A stretch of DNA of 64,000 nucleotides from Promethearchaeota archaeon (GCA_048938105.1 JBHLMN010000009.1:96001-160000); one strand, 5' to 3'. Shown: positions 30,062 to 40,546, counted from the first letter of the stretch. Notes: a model not told the origin generated them from the letters alone. Program-made: numbers and translations.

Positions 30062-30538
30062 ATGTCATTTAGGAAATTATATTTCTTCATATTCTGCATA
30101 ATTGTGTTTTCTACAATTACACCTGTTTTAGGCTGTGGTTCTATAACTTGTTTTAGTATTAACAGGAAAAATAATGTCACTTTAACCATTACAGATGCTT
30201 ATTATACGGATCTTGATAATGACGAGGTTTTCGATATCGTATCCTTCTTTGAACTCTCATTTAGTAGTTTTCATAGATTGAGGTATACAGTAAAAATTAA
30301 TGTTTATCTAATCCTTCCCTCTGGTTATGAATTTTCTTATAAATGGATTATTGGAACGAAACAATCAAAATACTTTGGTCAGATTGACTTCTATGATCAT
30401 GCTCTTGAGTCAGGCGACTATATTTTATTTTTTAAGATAAAACTATTCACAGGTGGAGTTACAACTGGAGTTGTTGGATATGAATTTGATCCACCTGGGG
30501 GTTCAGGTGGAGGAGATCCGTTAGCAATGTTAAGATAA
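30062..30538 (+). CDS. Hypothetical secreted/lipoprotein-like beta-rich protein
   Basis: Hydrophobic N-terminus with LGC; DLDNDE acidic loop; C-terminal FDPPGGSGGGDP. Confidence 0.65.
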   Translation: MSFRKLYFFIFCIIVFSTITPVLGCGSITCFSINRKNNVTLTITDAYYTDLDNDEVFDIVSFFELSFSSFHRLRYTVKINVYLILPSGYEFSYKWIIGTKQSKYFGQIDFYDHALESGDYILFFKIKLFTGGVTTGVVGYEFDPPGGSGGGDPLAMLR

Positions 30539-30582
30539 GAATAAGGAGTTCCATGATTCTATCTTGAAAGGCAGATAACATT

Positions 30583-31698
30583 ATGATTACCTCTGAAGAA
30601 TACAAAATTGTTCTCAAACTTGAAGCAAATCCCTTAATCTCCTATTCTGACCTGGCAGACGAGCTAGGAGTCTCATGGCCAACTGCCAAGCGGAAGTTAA
30701 AAGATCTTAAATCTCGGGGGGTGATCAGGACACCTGTAGCCCTCTATAACACTAGAACTCTTGGTCTTCAGCGGTTAACGGTTATTTGGTCACTTCAAGC
30801 ATTAGAAGATCTTAATCTGATGGAAAAACTATGTGATATCCATCCTTATACGCACTATCGTGTTCGAGGGTATGCGAATGGTTATGTTCTATTTGCACAA
30901 TTTGATATTCCATCACAGATCATCCCACTGATGAGAGAACTAAACAAAATCCTACTAGAAGAGAATTATTCTGTAACAACAGAAATGCTACAAAGTTCCG
31001 GTTATCAAGCTGAAACGTTTCCAAATGTAAATTTCTTTGATCCATATCTAAACAAGTGGAATTTTAATTGGTTAGAATGGCTCGATTTGATTGAGGATCA
31101 ACCTAGTGTTCTTCCTCCCCTAGATAATTCCAAAAAAATAGGATTAGACGAATGGAAACCCATTGATTTCAAAATTCTTAGAGAATTAACAAAAAATCCT
31201 GAAGTAAAACAAGCTGAATTAATGAGAAAGTTTAACCTAACACGAACAAATGTTCATCTTAAGTATAATTTAATTTTTGATAACTTGATCTCAAATATAA
31301 GGTCTCGAATTGATCGAATTCGATTTAATCTTGTTAATACACGACTATTTTGGATATCTAATCCAGATGAGAGGAAAATGTATCAGCTTTTCAACCTTAT
31401 TAAAAATGCTCCTCCTCCTTTTCGATTGGGAATGGATATCCTTCAAGATCATGGTTTCTTATTATGGGGAGGTGCTCTCCCAAGCTATCACGAGCATCAA
31501 TTAGCTTTTTCAATCTGGAAACTTTTTCAATCCTTTAATACATATACTTTGGATACTTCAATAGATACTTCAATGATTTATTGGTTTTATCCTAACAACT
31601 TTGACTTTGATACTCAATACTGGAAGATTAACCGTGAATATGTTGTGGAAAAACCACTTGAAGAACTTAGACAAGTAAAAAAATCATCCAAGATATGA
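30583..31698 (+). CDS. Lrp/AsnC-like tandem winged-helix transcription regulator
   Basis: ISYSDLADELGVSWPTAKRKL and second HTH DFKILREL...KQAELMRKFNL. Confidence 0.8.
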   Translation: MITSEEYKIVLKLEANPLISYSDLADELGVSWPTAKRKLKDLKSRGVIRTPVALYNTRTLGLQRLTVIWSLQALEDLNLMEKLCDIHPYTHYRVRGYANGYVLFAQFDIPSQIIPLMRELNKILLEENYSVTTEMLQSSGYQAETFPNVNFFDPYLNKWNFNWLEWLDLIEDQPSVLPPLDNSKKIGLDEWKPIDFKILRELTKNPEVKQAELMRKFNLTRTNVHLKYNLIFDNLISNIRSRIDRIRFNLVNTRLFWISNPDERKMYQLFNLIKNAPPPFRLGMDILQDHGFLLWGGALPSYHEHQLAFSIWKLFQSFNTYTLDTSIDTSMIYWFYPNNFDFDTQYWKINREYVVEKPLEELRQVKKSSKI

Positions 31699-31915
31699 TA
31701 CAAAGTCAATCTTATGATATTAGGTCCTATTCTTTTTATCTGAATATTTCTTGATCCTTTCACCCCCTATTCTATTAAAAAATTAAATATTCTCTCTCAT
31801 GTAACCTCTCATAAATATATAGTATAAAAAAAATGATAATTAAACATTTATAATCTTGTTTACATATTTTTCAAGATGTTTAGAAATATTACATAAAATA
31901 CACACCATAATGAAG

Positions 31916-31946
31916 AAAAGGAACAAATCTAGGAATATTTTTAAAT
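31916..31946 (+). promoter_or_regulatory. Conserved upstream element of protease copy 2
   Basis: AAAAGGAACAAATCTAGGAATATTTTTAAAT, matching 29828-29860 on the minus strand. Confidence 0.5.
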
Positions 31947-32117
31947 TTTTGATGAAAAATTTCAACTTTTAGGTATTATTTACTTGAACTATCGAATATT
32001 CATGAATAGTAATATCTTACTCATTGCCATATTAAAAAGTACAAACCTCCTTATTTTCTATAAAAACGTTGTGGTTGAGGAAAATTATAAAAATACTCTC
32101 ATGTAGCTAACCTAAGG

Positions 32118-34208
32118 TTGGAAATTCAACTGAATTTTCCAAAAATATTCTTACCTACAAGTGAGAGAAAAATAATGAGAAAGAAAAAGCTTGTATACTC
32201 TGTACTCCTGATACTAGCATTTAGTATTTCTAGTGTGGGATTTATAACAACAGTAAATGCAAGTCCCAGGCATACAGAGTATAAAACAATGGATATAGAC
32301 CCAAAACTCAGGGAAATCGAACTTCCCGCAGATATAGAGATTCCTGAGGGGTTATTATCCTCAGAAGGCCAAGAATATGGAGAAGATGGCCAATCAGATT
32401 ACTATGTGCCTGGTACTATCCTAGAATGGGCTACATATGATATCATGGATCCCTATCAATTCTATAGCATATATTTCACAGATTTTGAATTACGGGCCAT
32501 TGGTACTTACGCTGAAGTGTGGGTTCAAGTTGATCTGAGCTATCCTGATGGCACAGCAGATGTTGTCACAGATGAACAGGTGAACTACATTCTCAATGAG
32601 GTCGATAACAACATTTATCCAAACGACACGAATTTTTTCGGGACACCTTATTTTCATAATGGGTCCTTTGACTGGTACGGAGGTTTACATTACGAAGAAT
32701 CTGGCCGAAGTGTGATCCTCATCTCCAATGTAAGAGATACCCAATACTATGATCCAAGTTATCCATATTTCGTTATTGGCTTCTACTGGAGGAATTTCGA
32801 AATCTTATTTGACCGAAACATTATTACACTAGATAGTCTCGCATGGGATGTATTAACTGGTGATCCCCAATACGCATACGAAGCCACGACTGCCCATGAA
32901 TACCAGCACCTGATCCACGACGATTATAACCCTAATGATGCTACTTTCATGAACGAAGGCTGCTCAGTGTTTGCGGAGATGCTTTGTGGGTATGGAACGC
33001 CATGGAATGACATTAACAGTTACTTAGCCACACCAGACAACTCTTTGACTGTGTGGGAAGATCAACCTTACAACGACTTAGCGGATTATGGCGCAGTAGG
33101 TCTGTGGGCAATATACCTTACTGACCGATTCGGGGATGACTTTCTAAGCGGATTTGTGAAAGCAGGAATCCCTGGAATTGAAGGTCTTAATGATGCTCTT
33201 GCGCCCTTAACATTTGATGAAGTCTATCACGACTGGCGAATTGCGAACTTAATCCACTCGGACTGGCCAGGCTGCGGCAAGTACAACTATAAATCAATCG
33301 ATCTAGCAGAAGCAGACCCAGTTAGAACGTATGAAATTTCAGGACTACCAGTTGGAATAACTTACGGTACTGACTTTGGAAATACGATAACAATTTTAGG
33401 GTATGACACGGGAATTTCAAAATTAGCTCCATATGGATCAGATTATATTGTTTTCACAGATTGGCAAAGGAAAAAGTGGAGAAATAAATTCCTTTATTTC
33501 GATGGTGATGATATTGCTGTTCATGGCTGGACCGAAGTAGCTGATGATCTCTGGTATTCTGGTGCTTCCGACCTCTTTAACACACTTCTATATGGGGAAG
33601 TTACTGTAGATTCCGCTGATCCAACTCTGAAATTTACATCCTATTGGGATATTGAAGACTATTGGGATTTCGGGTTTGTTCAAGTATCGACTGATGGAGG
33701 GTCCACCTGGACATCATTGGAAAATGAATACACTACTGATTCCCACTATGAGGAGGCTCTCCCAGATATTATTGCCAATCTCCCAGGACTCACAGGTTGG
33801 AGTGTTGATTATCTAGATCTTACATTTGATCTCTCAGCGTACTCAGGACAAACAATCCTCGTTGGGTTCCGCTATATGACCGATTTGTACACTACATTTG
33901 AGGGATGGTATGTATATAATCCAACAGTGAGTGGCACAGCACTCGAACTTACACCAATCTACGATGAATTACATCAGACTGAAGCTGATTTTCAAGTAAC
34001 TCTTATTTATGTCTATGAGTTCAAGAATAAAGTCTATTACTTCGTCAATGACATGTGGTTGAATGATGAAACTGAATTCGGAATTACTTATGTATCATTA
34101 ATTAAACCTCAATATGCCTATCTAATTGTCAGTCCTATCAATGATGCTGGTTATGCAGATTATAGCTTTGCAGTACCCAAGTGGAAAAAGTGTCGATGGG
34201 ATAAATAA
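32118..34208 (+). CDS. Secreted zinc metalloprotease (M30/immune-inhibitor-A-like), copy 2; likely true start 32175
   Basis: Signal peptide MRKKKLV..., HEYQHLIH...NEG, WDIEDYWDFGFVQVSTDGG. Confidence 0.85.
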   Translation: MEIQLNFPKIFLPTSERKIMRKKKLVYSVLLILAFSISSVGFITTVNASPRHTEYKTMDIDPKLREIELPADIEIPEGLLSSEGQEYGEDGQSDYYVPGTILEWATYDIMDPYQFYSIYFTDFELRAIGTYAEVWVQVDLSYPDGTADVVTDEQVNYILNEVDNNIYPNDTNFFGTPYFHNGSFDWYGGLHYEESGRSVILISNVRDTQYYDPSYPYFVIGFYWRNFEILFDRNIITLDSLAWDVLTGDPQYAYEATTAHEYQHLIHDDYNPNDATFMNEGCSVFAEMLCGYGTPWNDINSYLATPDNSLTVWEDQPYNDLADYGAVGLWAIYLTDRFGDDFLSGFVKAGIPGIEGLNDALAPLTFDEVYHDWRIANLIHSDWPGCGKYNYKSIDLAEADPVRTYEISGLPVGITYGTDFGNTITILGYDTGISKLAPYGSDYIVFTDWQRKKWRNKFLYFDGDDIAVHGWTEVADDLWYSGASDLFNTLLYGEVTVDSADPTLKFTSYWDIEDYWDFGFVQVSTDGGSTWTSLENEYTTDSHYEEALPDIIANLPGLTGWSVDYLDLTFDLSAYSGQTILVGFRYMTDLYTTFEGWYVYNPTVSGTALELTPIYDELHQTEADFQVTLIYVYEFKNKVYYFVNDMWLNDETEFGITYVSLIKPQYAYLIVSPINDAGYADYSFAVPKWKKCRWDK

Positions 34209-34235
34209 TTGAAGAAATAATATTTTCCCTCATAT

Positions 34236-34256
34236 CCCCCCCTTTTTTTTATTTTT
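34236..34256 (+). terminator. C7-T8 terminator candidate of protease copy 2
   Basis: CCCCCCCTTTTTTTTATTTTT after the stop. Confidence 0.5.
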
Positions 34257-34371
34257 ACTTCTTGATATTTATTACCGATATTTGGATTTGGATGTCTAAG
34301 ATTTAATGGAGGTTGAATGCGAATATTAATAGATAACACTTCATTTTTATGGAAAATATGGTGTAGTTATC

Positions 34372-35145
34372 ATGAGATGCCAAATCGTTTTTAATACTTG
34401 GGAAAGTCGCGCATTCATTGCCAAAGCTATTATTAAACATCCACATGTAGAAAATGCTTTAAAAAATGGAGTGATAGCTTTAGGCCGAGGAATAACCAAC
34501 GCCTATATCCTTCGTGAAATGTTAATTTATACAGATAACACTGATTTTCAGATTGATGTTGATAATTATGTCGCAGGTGTGGTGGATGGTTCTCTATGGG
34601 CAAGTAATTCAAGCACGAGGACTCCTGAAGTGGCACTTTACAAGGGAAAGCCTAAGATTGAACCTATACATAAAACAATTGAAAAAGCAGATCTTATAAT
34701 GAAAGGAGGAAATGCTCTTGGACCCGATTGGATTGCAGGAGTGTTATGTGCACATCCAACAGGTGGAACGATAGGGTCTTTTTATGCCATAGCAATATCA
34801 AGAGGAATTAAGATTATTGTTCCAATCTCAACTGGAAAAATGATTCCTTTCTCTGTAACAGAAATTGTTCCAAACCTTGGAGGACAACAATCCATTGATT
34901 ATGTGAGGGGAATGCCAGTCAGTCTTTTTCCTATTGTCGGTGGTGAAGTTTTTTCTGAAATTGAGGCTTTAGAAATGATAGCAAAGGTCGAAGTTTATCC
35001 AATAGGCGCAGGGGGAGTTTATGATGGCGCTGGTGCTACAATCTTTGAAATTTCTGGCGCAAGTGAAGAGATCAGTAAAATTATCGATCTTTATGAAAAA
35101 ATTAAGAATACAAAACCTTTGAATGTTGACCTTCAACCACACTAA
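34372..35145 (+). CDS. Conserved hypothetical protein (possible NagB/RpiA/CoA-transferase-like fold)
   Basis: G.G.TNAY, KGGNAL, GGTIG, GAGG..GA.GA glycine-rich motifs. Confidence 0.6.
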   Translation: MRCQIVFNTWESRAFIAKAIIKHPHVENALKNGVIALGRGITNAYILREMLIYTDNTDFQIDVDNYVAGVVDGSLWASNSSTRTPEVALYKGKPKIEPIHKTIEKADLIMKGGNALGPDWIAGVLCAHPTGGTIGSFYAIAISRGIKIIVPISTGKMIPFSVTEIVPNLGGQQSIDYVRGMPVSLFPIVGGEVFSEIEALEMIAKVEVYPIGAGGVYDGAGATIFEISGASEEISKIIDLYEKIKNTKPLNVDLQPH

Positions 35146-35172
35146 ACAGCTTCAGTGAGGCGTTGGCTCGAA

Positions 35173-36468
35173 TTAATCAATTTCCCCCAATGTCTTTTCT
35201 ACCTGATGAAGAATTTCATCAATATCATTAGGTTGGATGATGAGTGGGGGGAGAAACTTGTTAGTAACCTTATAGTTACCACAGTAGTCACACCAGACAC
35301 CATTTTTGATCATCTTCAGTGTGAAATATAATGAGGTGAATTCATCTTGGAATTCAATACCCCACATCAATCCACGTCCTCTGATATCTACAACTTTCTC
35401 AGACGACTTTTGCTGAAGTTCCGTTAATCCTTTCCCAAATTTAATCCCCATATTTTGTACATGCTTTAAGAATCCAGGACGAGTTATAATATCTAACATT
35501 TTCATTGTAACATAACATCCCAATTCAGAACCACCTGTAGTAGAGATGTGTAAGAAAGGATCTTCCTCAAAGACTTCTTCGAATTTGGGTTTATAGCTAG
35601 TGGTTGAAAGTGGGTAAACTCCTGCACTCATCCCTTTGGCAAGTACAATCATATCTGGAACGATTTTCTCGTTAGGGTATAATCCTCCATATATTCCCCA
35701 CATTTTTCCTGTTCGGCCTAAACCGGTCTGAACTTCATCAACAATCATAACAACTCCTAAATCATCGCATAACTCTCTGACTTCCGCAAAATATCCTTCA
35801 GGAGGAATGAGAATGCCACCAGTGGCAGGGATGGTTTCAAATAATACACATGCTGTTTCCTCATCCATTGTTTTCCTAAGGTATTCAATATCTGCAAAAG
35901 GAACTTGTTGAAAATCAGGTAAACTCCAAAGAAATGGATCTTTAAAACTAGAAGCGCATGCACCGAGAGCAAATCCAGTAACTCCATGATAAGCTCTTTT
36001 GGCCGAGACTATTTTCTTTCTGTTGGTGAAAGCTCGGGAAAGTTTAATAGCTAAATCAATTGCTTCCCCTCCAGCTGCAGAAAACATTGTCTTACAAATA
36101 TTACCTGGAAGAAGATCAGCTAACTGTTTAGCTAATAATGCCCGTTGTTCACTTAGAATGTGATGATCTCCAATATCAAGGCCAGCATCTAAACCCTCTC
36201 TGAGTGCCTGATTGATTTCAGGATGATGGTGCCCTAAATTAAATACTCCTCCACTTGTATGACAATCAATTAATTCTAAAGGAGGTTCTCCATCCGCAGT
36301 TCCCTCCAGCATCTTTATTTTTACTCCCTTTCTTTCTCCTTGGATCACACCTAATCCAAGACTTTCAAAAAAGCCTACCTTATATTTTGAGACATAGTCG
36401 GAATATAATTTCACTAGTTCTTTTTGCCTAGCAGTACCAATGATTTTTTTTATTGTTGACATAATCAA
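35173..36468 (-). CDS. Class III PLP aminotransferase (acetylornithine/putrescine type)
   Basis: GGEAID, YHG, DEVQTGLGRTG, AKGM, RGRGLMWG. Confidence 0.92.
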   Translation of the reverse strand: MIMSTIKKIIGTARQKELVKLYSDYVSKYKVGFFESLGLGVIQGERKGVKIKMLEGTADGEPPLELIDCHTSGGVFNLGHHHPEINQALREGLDAGLDIGDHHILSEQRALLAKQLADLLPGNICKTMFSAAGGEAIDLAIKLSRAFTNRKKIVSAKRAYHGVTGFALGACASSFKDPFLWSLPDFQQVPFADIEYLRKTMDEETACVLFETIPATGGILIPPEGYFAEVRELCDDLGVVMIVDEVQTGLGRTGKMWGIYGGLYPNEKIVPDMIVLAKGMSAGVYPLSTTSYKPKFEEVFEEDPFLHISTTGGSELGCYVTMKMLDIITRPGFLKHVQNMGIKFGKGLTELQQKSSEKVVDIRGRGLMWGIEFQDEFTSLYFTLKMIKNGVWCDYCGNYKVTNKFLPPLIIQPNDIDEILHQVEKTLGEID

Positions 36469-36617
36469 AACCGTTTTTCTATCCTTGAGGTTTGCCTTTT
36501 GGGAATACGATGAGTAATAAGAAGCCTTTTGATTTGTCTTTCATTTTTATATCAGATAAAATATTATATTTAGTATTGTAGAAAATCTTTTTTATATAAA
36601 CAAGTAATACTCAATCT

Positions 36618-36863
36618 ATGCCTCTCTACATACTAGCTACTCGAATTGATTTTGATCAGAATGACTTAACAAAAAGGAAGGAATAGGGTAAAAAATGGCG
36701 AGAATTGGTCAAAGAAAAAGTTCTAGACATTAAGTGGATTGCACATTATACCATCTTAGGTCTATATGATTTTTTGGAAATTTTTGAGGCAAAAACAGAA
36801 ACAGCAAAGGTGTCTTTACTCTCACGAGCTGCAGGTAAAAGATGGTTGCTATTCTCTCCATAG
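36618..36863 (+). pseudogene. Degenerate duplicate of the GYD-domain gene at 37473 with in-frame TAG
   Basis: MPLYILATRIDFDQNDLTKRKE*GKKWRELVKEKVLDIKWIAHYTILGLYDFLEIFEAKTETAKVSLLSRAAG; TAG at 36684-36686; C-terminus lost. Confidence 0.85.
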
Positions 36864-37322
36864 AAAAAACATGAAAAGAGTAGACAACACACCACCAATT
36901 ATACCTCCCCAGAAAGCTCCCCCATACCAAAATTCCAGATCTTCAAGAATCATTTCAATGGCAACAATGAATCCACCCACAAGGCAAATTATTACTGTTA
37001 TCAAAGATAAAATGACTCCAATAAGGTAGAATTGATTTCTTGGAGGATTTTCTTGGTAAAGAAGTCCTAATAGAGAAATAATAGAGCAATAGAACAATCC
37101 TCCTGCTGCGAGAAAAAATAGAGGTAAAATAAAAATGGAATCAGGGAAGTTCTCTAAAGCTGATGGAAATCCAACCCAACCCCATCCGTACCCCATCCCC
37201 TAGACATACCAATACCAGCCAGCAAAATCATCAATTAGCACGAAAATCCCTCCTAATAGACTACAAATCAATCCCCCACCATATAGAATATTCTTATTTT
37301 CTAGTAATTTATTAAGGCTCAT
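36849..37322 (-). pseudogene. Membrane-protein gene interrupted by in-frame TAG (37200-37202)
   Basis: Frame extends beyond the listed ORF to ATG 37322: MSLNKLLENKNILYGGGLICSLLGGIFVLIDDFAGWYWYV*GMGYGWGW... Confidence 0.65.
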
Positions 37323-37472
37323 ACTCTTTCTTATGTATATTATTCTTTAAAATTTTTCGAATCTCTCATTATCAATAATACAAAAACTTATTTTTCATCA
37401 TAAAAAGAGGAAAAATCGATCTAATTTCACTAAGGAGAAAACCTTTTTACAGATCTAAAAGAGGTTTAAATT

Positions 37473-37769
37473 ATGCCTAAATACATACTTGTCACAAAAT
37501 TTGATTTTGATGAAGATGATTTAGTAAAACGAAAGGAACAGGGGAAGAAATGGCTTGAAATGGTAAAGGAAAAAGTTCCAAGTATTAAATGGATCTCACA
37601 TTATGCCATTCTAGGCCCTTATGATTTCCTAGACATATTTGAAGCAAAAGATGAAACTGAAGCTGCGAAAGTTTCTTTACTTTCCCGTGCAGCAGGGGCA
37701 TCTTTTGCTGAAAGCTGGACAGCCATTCCATACTCTGAATTCCTTGACTTGCTTGAGGATTTGAAATAA
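37473..37769 (+). CDS. GYD-domain protein
   Basis: MPKY....HYAILGPYDFLDIFEA.D...AAKVSLL...G...ESWTAIP. Confidence 0.88.
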   Translation: MPKYILVTKFDFDEDDLVKRKEQGKKWLEMVKEKVPSIKWISHYAILGPYDFLDIFEAKDETEAAKVSLLSRAAGASFAESWTAIPYSEFLDLLEDLK

Positions 37770-37931
37770 ATTATCTTTCTTGTCTCTTTAGATTTGGTTA
37801 TAAACAAATCAAATATTATGCATTTAAGAGTCCAGTGAAGGATTAATCCAATAAACTTTCTTATAAAGAATTTTTTCTAATTTCTGAAATCCAAACTGAA
37901 TATTCATTGATTCTTATTATTGGGTTGAAAA

Positions 37932-38258
37932 GTGACAGAAATTCCAAAATGGGTTACAGAGTGGATAAATAAAGACAGATTAGTTCGAAATAAATATAAA
38001 TTGAGCCGAAAGTATATTCAACATTCCAAACGTATTCAATTTGTTGAAGGTAAGAAAAGAGAGAATGGAGAATGGATATCTTTTCACTTCGTTGTCAATT
38101 CTCCTAAATTTGGAAAATATAATGTTACTTTTAATGATGGTGAATATCATTGCAATTGCCCTTTTTTTAAACATCGGCTTATATGTAGTCATATTTTTGG
38201 AATATGTCAAAAAACGGCCCTTTGGCCAAAAAAAACGACAGTATTTTCAAATGAATAA
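37932..38258 (+). CDS. SWIM zinc-finger protein
   Basis: YNV....YHCNCPFF....CSHI. Confidence 0.75.
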   Translation: MTEIPKWVTEWINKDRLVRNKYKLSRKYIQHSKRIQFVEGKKRENGEWISFHFVVNSPKFGKYNVTFNDGEYHCNCPFFKHRLICSHIFGICQKTALWPKKTTVFSNE

Positions 38259-38291
38259 AATTTCTGTCATCAAATATAAAGTGAAATTAGC

Positions 38292-39035
38292 TTGAAAATG
38301 AATGATTATCAATTAGCAGTGGAATGGATTTTAGAATCTAAATATACTGTTCTTTTTACTGGAGCAGGAGTTTCTGTTGAAAGTGGAATTCCGCCATTTC
38401 GGGGGGAAAATGGATTATGGAGTAAATATGATCCAACCTTTTTAATGACAAACTATTTTAAGAAACATCCAAAGGAATCTTGGAAATTAATAAACGAGAT
38501 ATTTTATAAATTTTTTAGTCGAGCAAAGCCTAATCAGGCACATTATATTATTACAGAGTTAGAAAAAAAAGGGTTAATTGATATAATAATTACTCAAAAT
38601 ATTGATAATCTTCATCAAAAAGCAGGAAGTAAGAATGTTATTGAATTTCATGGGACTTCAAGGACATTAACATGTATAAATTGTAAAAGACGTTTTGATA
38701 ATGATAAATTTTTAAATAAGTTACCACCACATTGCCCCAAATGTAATGGTCTATTAAAACCCGATTTCGTATTTTTTAATGAACCAATTCCATTGCAAGT
38801 TCACGAACTTTCAAATAAATGTGCTTTAATGTCCGATTTGTTTATATTAGTTGGGACTACTGGAGAAATAATGCCTGCTTCTTTAATTCCATATTTTGCA
38901 AGAGAAAAAGGAGCAAGAATTATTGAAATTAATATTATTCCTACTAAATATACTGATAGAATAGTAGATGTTTTTTTAGAAGGAAAAGCAACAGAAGTAT
39001 TCCTGAAATTAAAAGAATCTTTAGATGTTATTTAA
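38292..39035 (+). CDS. cobB: NAD-dependent protein deacylase (sirtuin)
   Basis: TGAGVSVESGIPPFRG, TQNIDNLH, HG, CxxC...CxxC, KPDFVFF. Confidence 0.93.
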   Translation: MKMNDYQLAVEWILESKYTVLFTGAGVSVESGIPPFRGENGLWSKYDPTFLMTNYFKKHPKESWKLINEIFYKFFSRAKPNQAHYIITELEKKGLIDIIITQNIDNLHQKAGSKNVIEFHGTSRTLTCINCKRRFDNDKFLNKLPPHCPKCNGLLKPDFVFFNEPIPLQVHELSNKCALMSDLFILVGTTGEIMPASLIPYFAREKGARIIEINIIPTKYTDRIVDVFLEGKATEVFLKLKESLDVI

Positions 39036-39097
39036 GAAATTAGAAACTCTAATAAGATTTAGATTAATAGACTTCAATGGTCGAATCTCTTCATAGC

Positions 39098-40015
39098 TCA
39101 TTTTGTTGTGTAAAGAAGCCCGAAAAGTATTCCTCCTCCTATACTAGTGAGGATTACAGTTTTCCACAGAAGAAGAGCTGCATCACGATTTTTTCTCCTT
39201 GCTAAATTACAAGCTAATACTAGTTCTATAGCTCCTAGTAAAAAAGGAATGAAATTCGGTATAAGGATACCCTCATTCATTAGTATCAGATTAACTATAG
39301 CAAATCCAACCACTCTAACACATATAATCGTAGAAGTGAGATAAGAAGCTTTATTCCACCCCAAAAGGACGGCTGTGGTCATTTCACCATTTTCTTGGTC
39401 TACTTCTAGATCTGTTAAAATGGTAGGTAAATGTATTCCTGTCACAAGTAGGATACAAAGAACAACGCCGTAGAATAATAACTGAGTGTCGACAATGGTG
39501 TCAAATCCTAATAATCCTATATAGAATGGAATAAAAACGCCAATTATTAGAACTGTGACAATTAAATCAAAATATGGCCTTGCTTTGAATCTCAAGGGAG
39601 GTACTGAATAACTAATAGATCCTCCTGCAGCTAAAAAATATGCCCCAAAAGCAAGCGGAAGTTTAGGAAAAGTTAATGAATTAGGGATAAAAAATATGTT
39701 TAAAGGAATAACTAAGAACCACAATATACCTACCCACAGATAAATTATTTTAGATGAAAGAAGATTTGAGGAAATAAGGGGATTCCGGAGAGAAAAACCA
39801 CGGGGATTTATTGTATCAGAATCTTTGTCAAAAAAACCATTAAGACTGAAATGACCGCAAGTAAATGCATATATGGATAACCAAGCCACTGAAAGCGAAG
39901 TTAAGGGTAATAGATATAAAAGACTTAACATGTAGGCCACACCAGCAAAAATAAACCCCCATTCGGGCCGGGAAAGAGTAAATAACTCCTGAATGATTCG
40001 TAAAGCTTTTTTCAA
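39098..40015 (-). CDS. UbiA-family prenyltransferase
   Basis: NGFFDKDSD..NPR, YSVPPLRFK, DLEVD...G..TTAV.LG. Confidence 0.85.
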   Translation of the reverse strand: MKKALRIIQELFTLSRPEWGFIFAGVAYMLSLLYLLPLTSLSVAWLSIYAFTCGHFSLNGFFDKDSDTINPRGFSLRNPLISSNLLSSKIIYLWVGILWFLVIPLNIFFIPNSLTFPKLPLAFGAYFLAAGGSISYSVPPLRFKARPYFDLIVTVLIIGVFIPFYIGLLGFDTIVDTQLLFYGVVLCILLVTGIHLPTILTDLEVDQENGEMTTAVLLGWNKASYLTSTIICVRVVGFAIVNLILMNEGILIPNFIPFLLGAIELVLACNLARRKNRDAALLLWKTVILTSIGGGILFGLLYTTK

Positions 40016-40039
40016 AGATTAATGCACCATAAAGTAGCG

Positions 40040-40546
40040 TTAAAGTTGTTTCATCAATTGAAAACCTGAATCTGTTGTCTGAACTACCTTATAACCAAGT
40101 GTTTCATAAAGGTGTTTTGCTATCTTATTTTGTTTGAAAACATGAAGAACAATTTTGTTTAATCCTATTGCTTCTACTTCAGTTTCTAATAATTTCAAAG
40201 CTTGTTTTGCGAATCCTTTTCTTCTATGTTCTTCAAAAATGATAATATCAGCAATAAGCATAACCTGTTTCATAAATGATTCGGGAGACGGCCAAAACCA
40301 GATGTAACCTACTCTTTCTTTACTTCCCTTTTTTATAATAAAATTAAAAAATCGATCGGGAGTTTTAAATCCTTCGGGAAGTGATCTCATATAAGCAGTT
40401 TCTGCATGTTTCATCGCAGCTTCGTGGTTAAGGTTAAAAAGGTCGGAAAGCTCCTTAGCAACCTCTACTAACCGATGAGAATAGATCTCCTGAAAATCTC
40501 TCTTGGTCATTTTCTCAAAAAAGATCATATCAGATATTCTCTCCAA
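40040..40546 (-). CDS. GNAT N-acetyltransferase
   Basis: VGYIW, HRRKGFA, LHVF..N..A..LYE.LGY. Confidence 0.88.
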   Translation of the reverse strand: MERISDMIFFEKMTKRDFQEIYSHRLVEVAKELSDLFNLNHEAAMKHAETAYMRSLPEGFKTPDRFFNFIIKKGSKERVGYIWFWPSPESFMKQVMLIADIIIFEEHRRKGFAKQALKLLETEVEAIGLNKIVLHVFKQNKIAKHLYETLGYKVVQTTDSGFQLMKQL

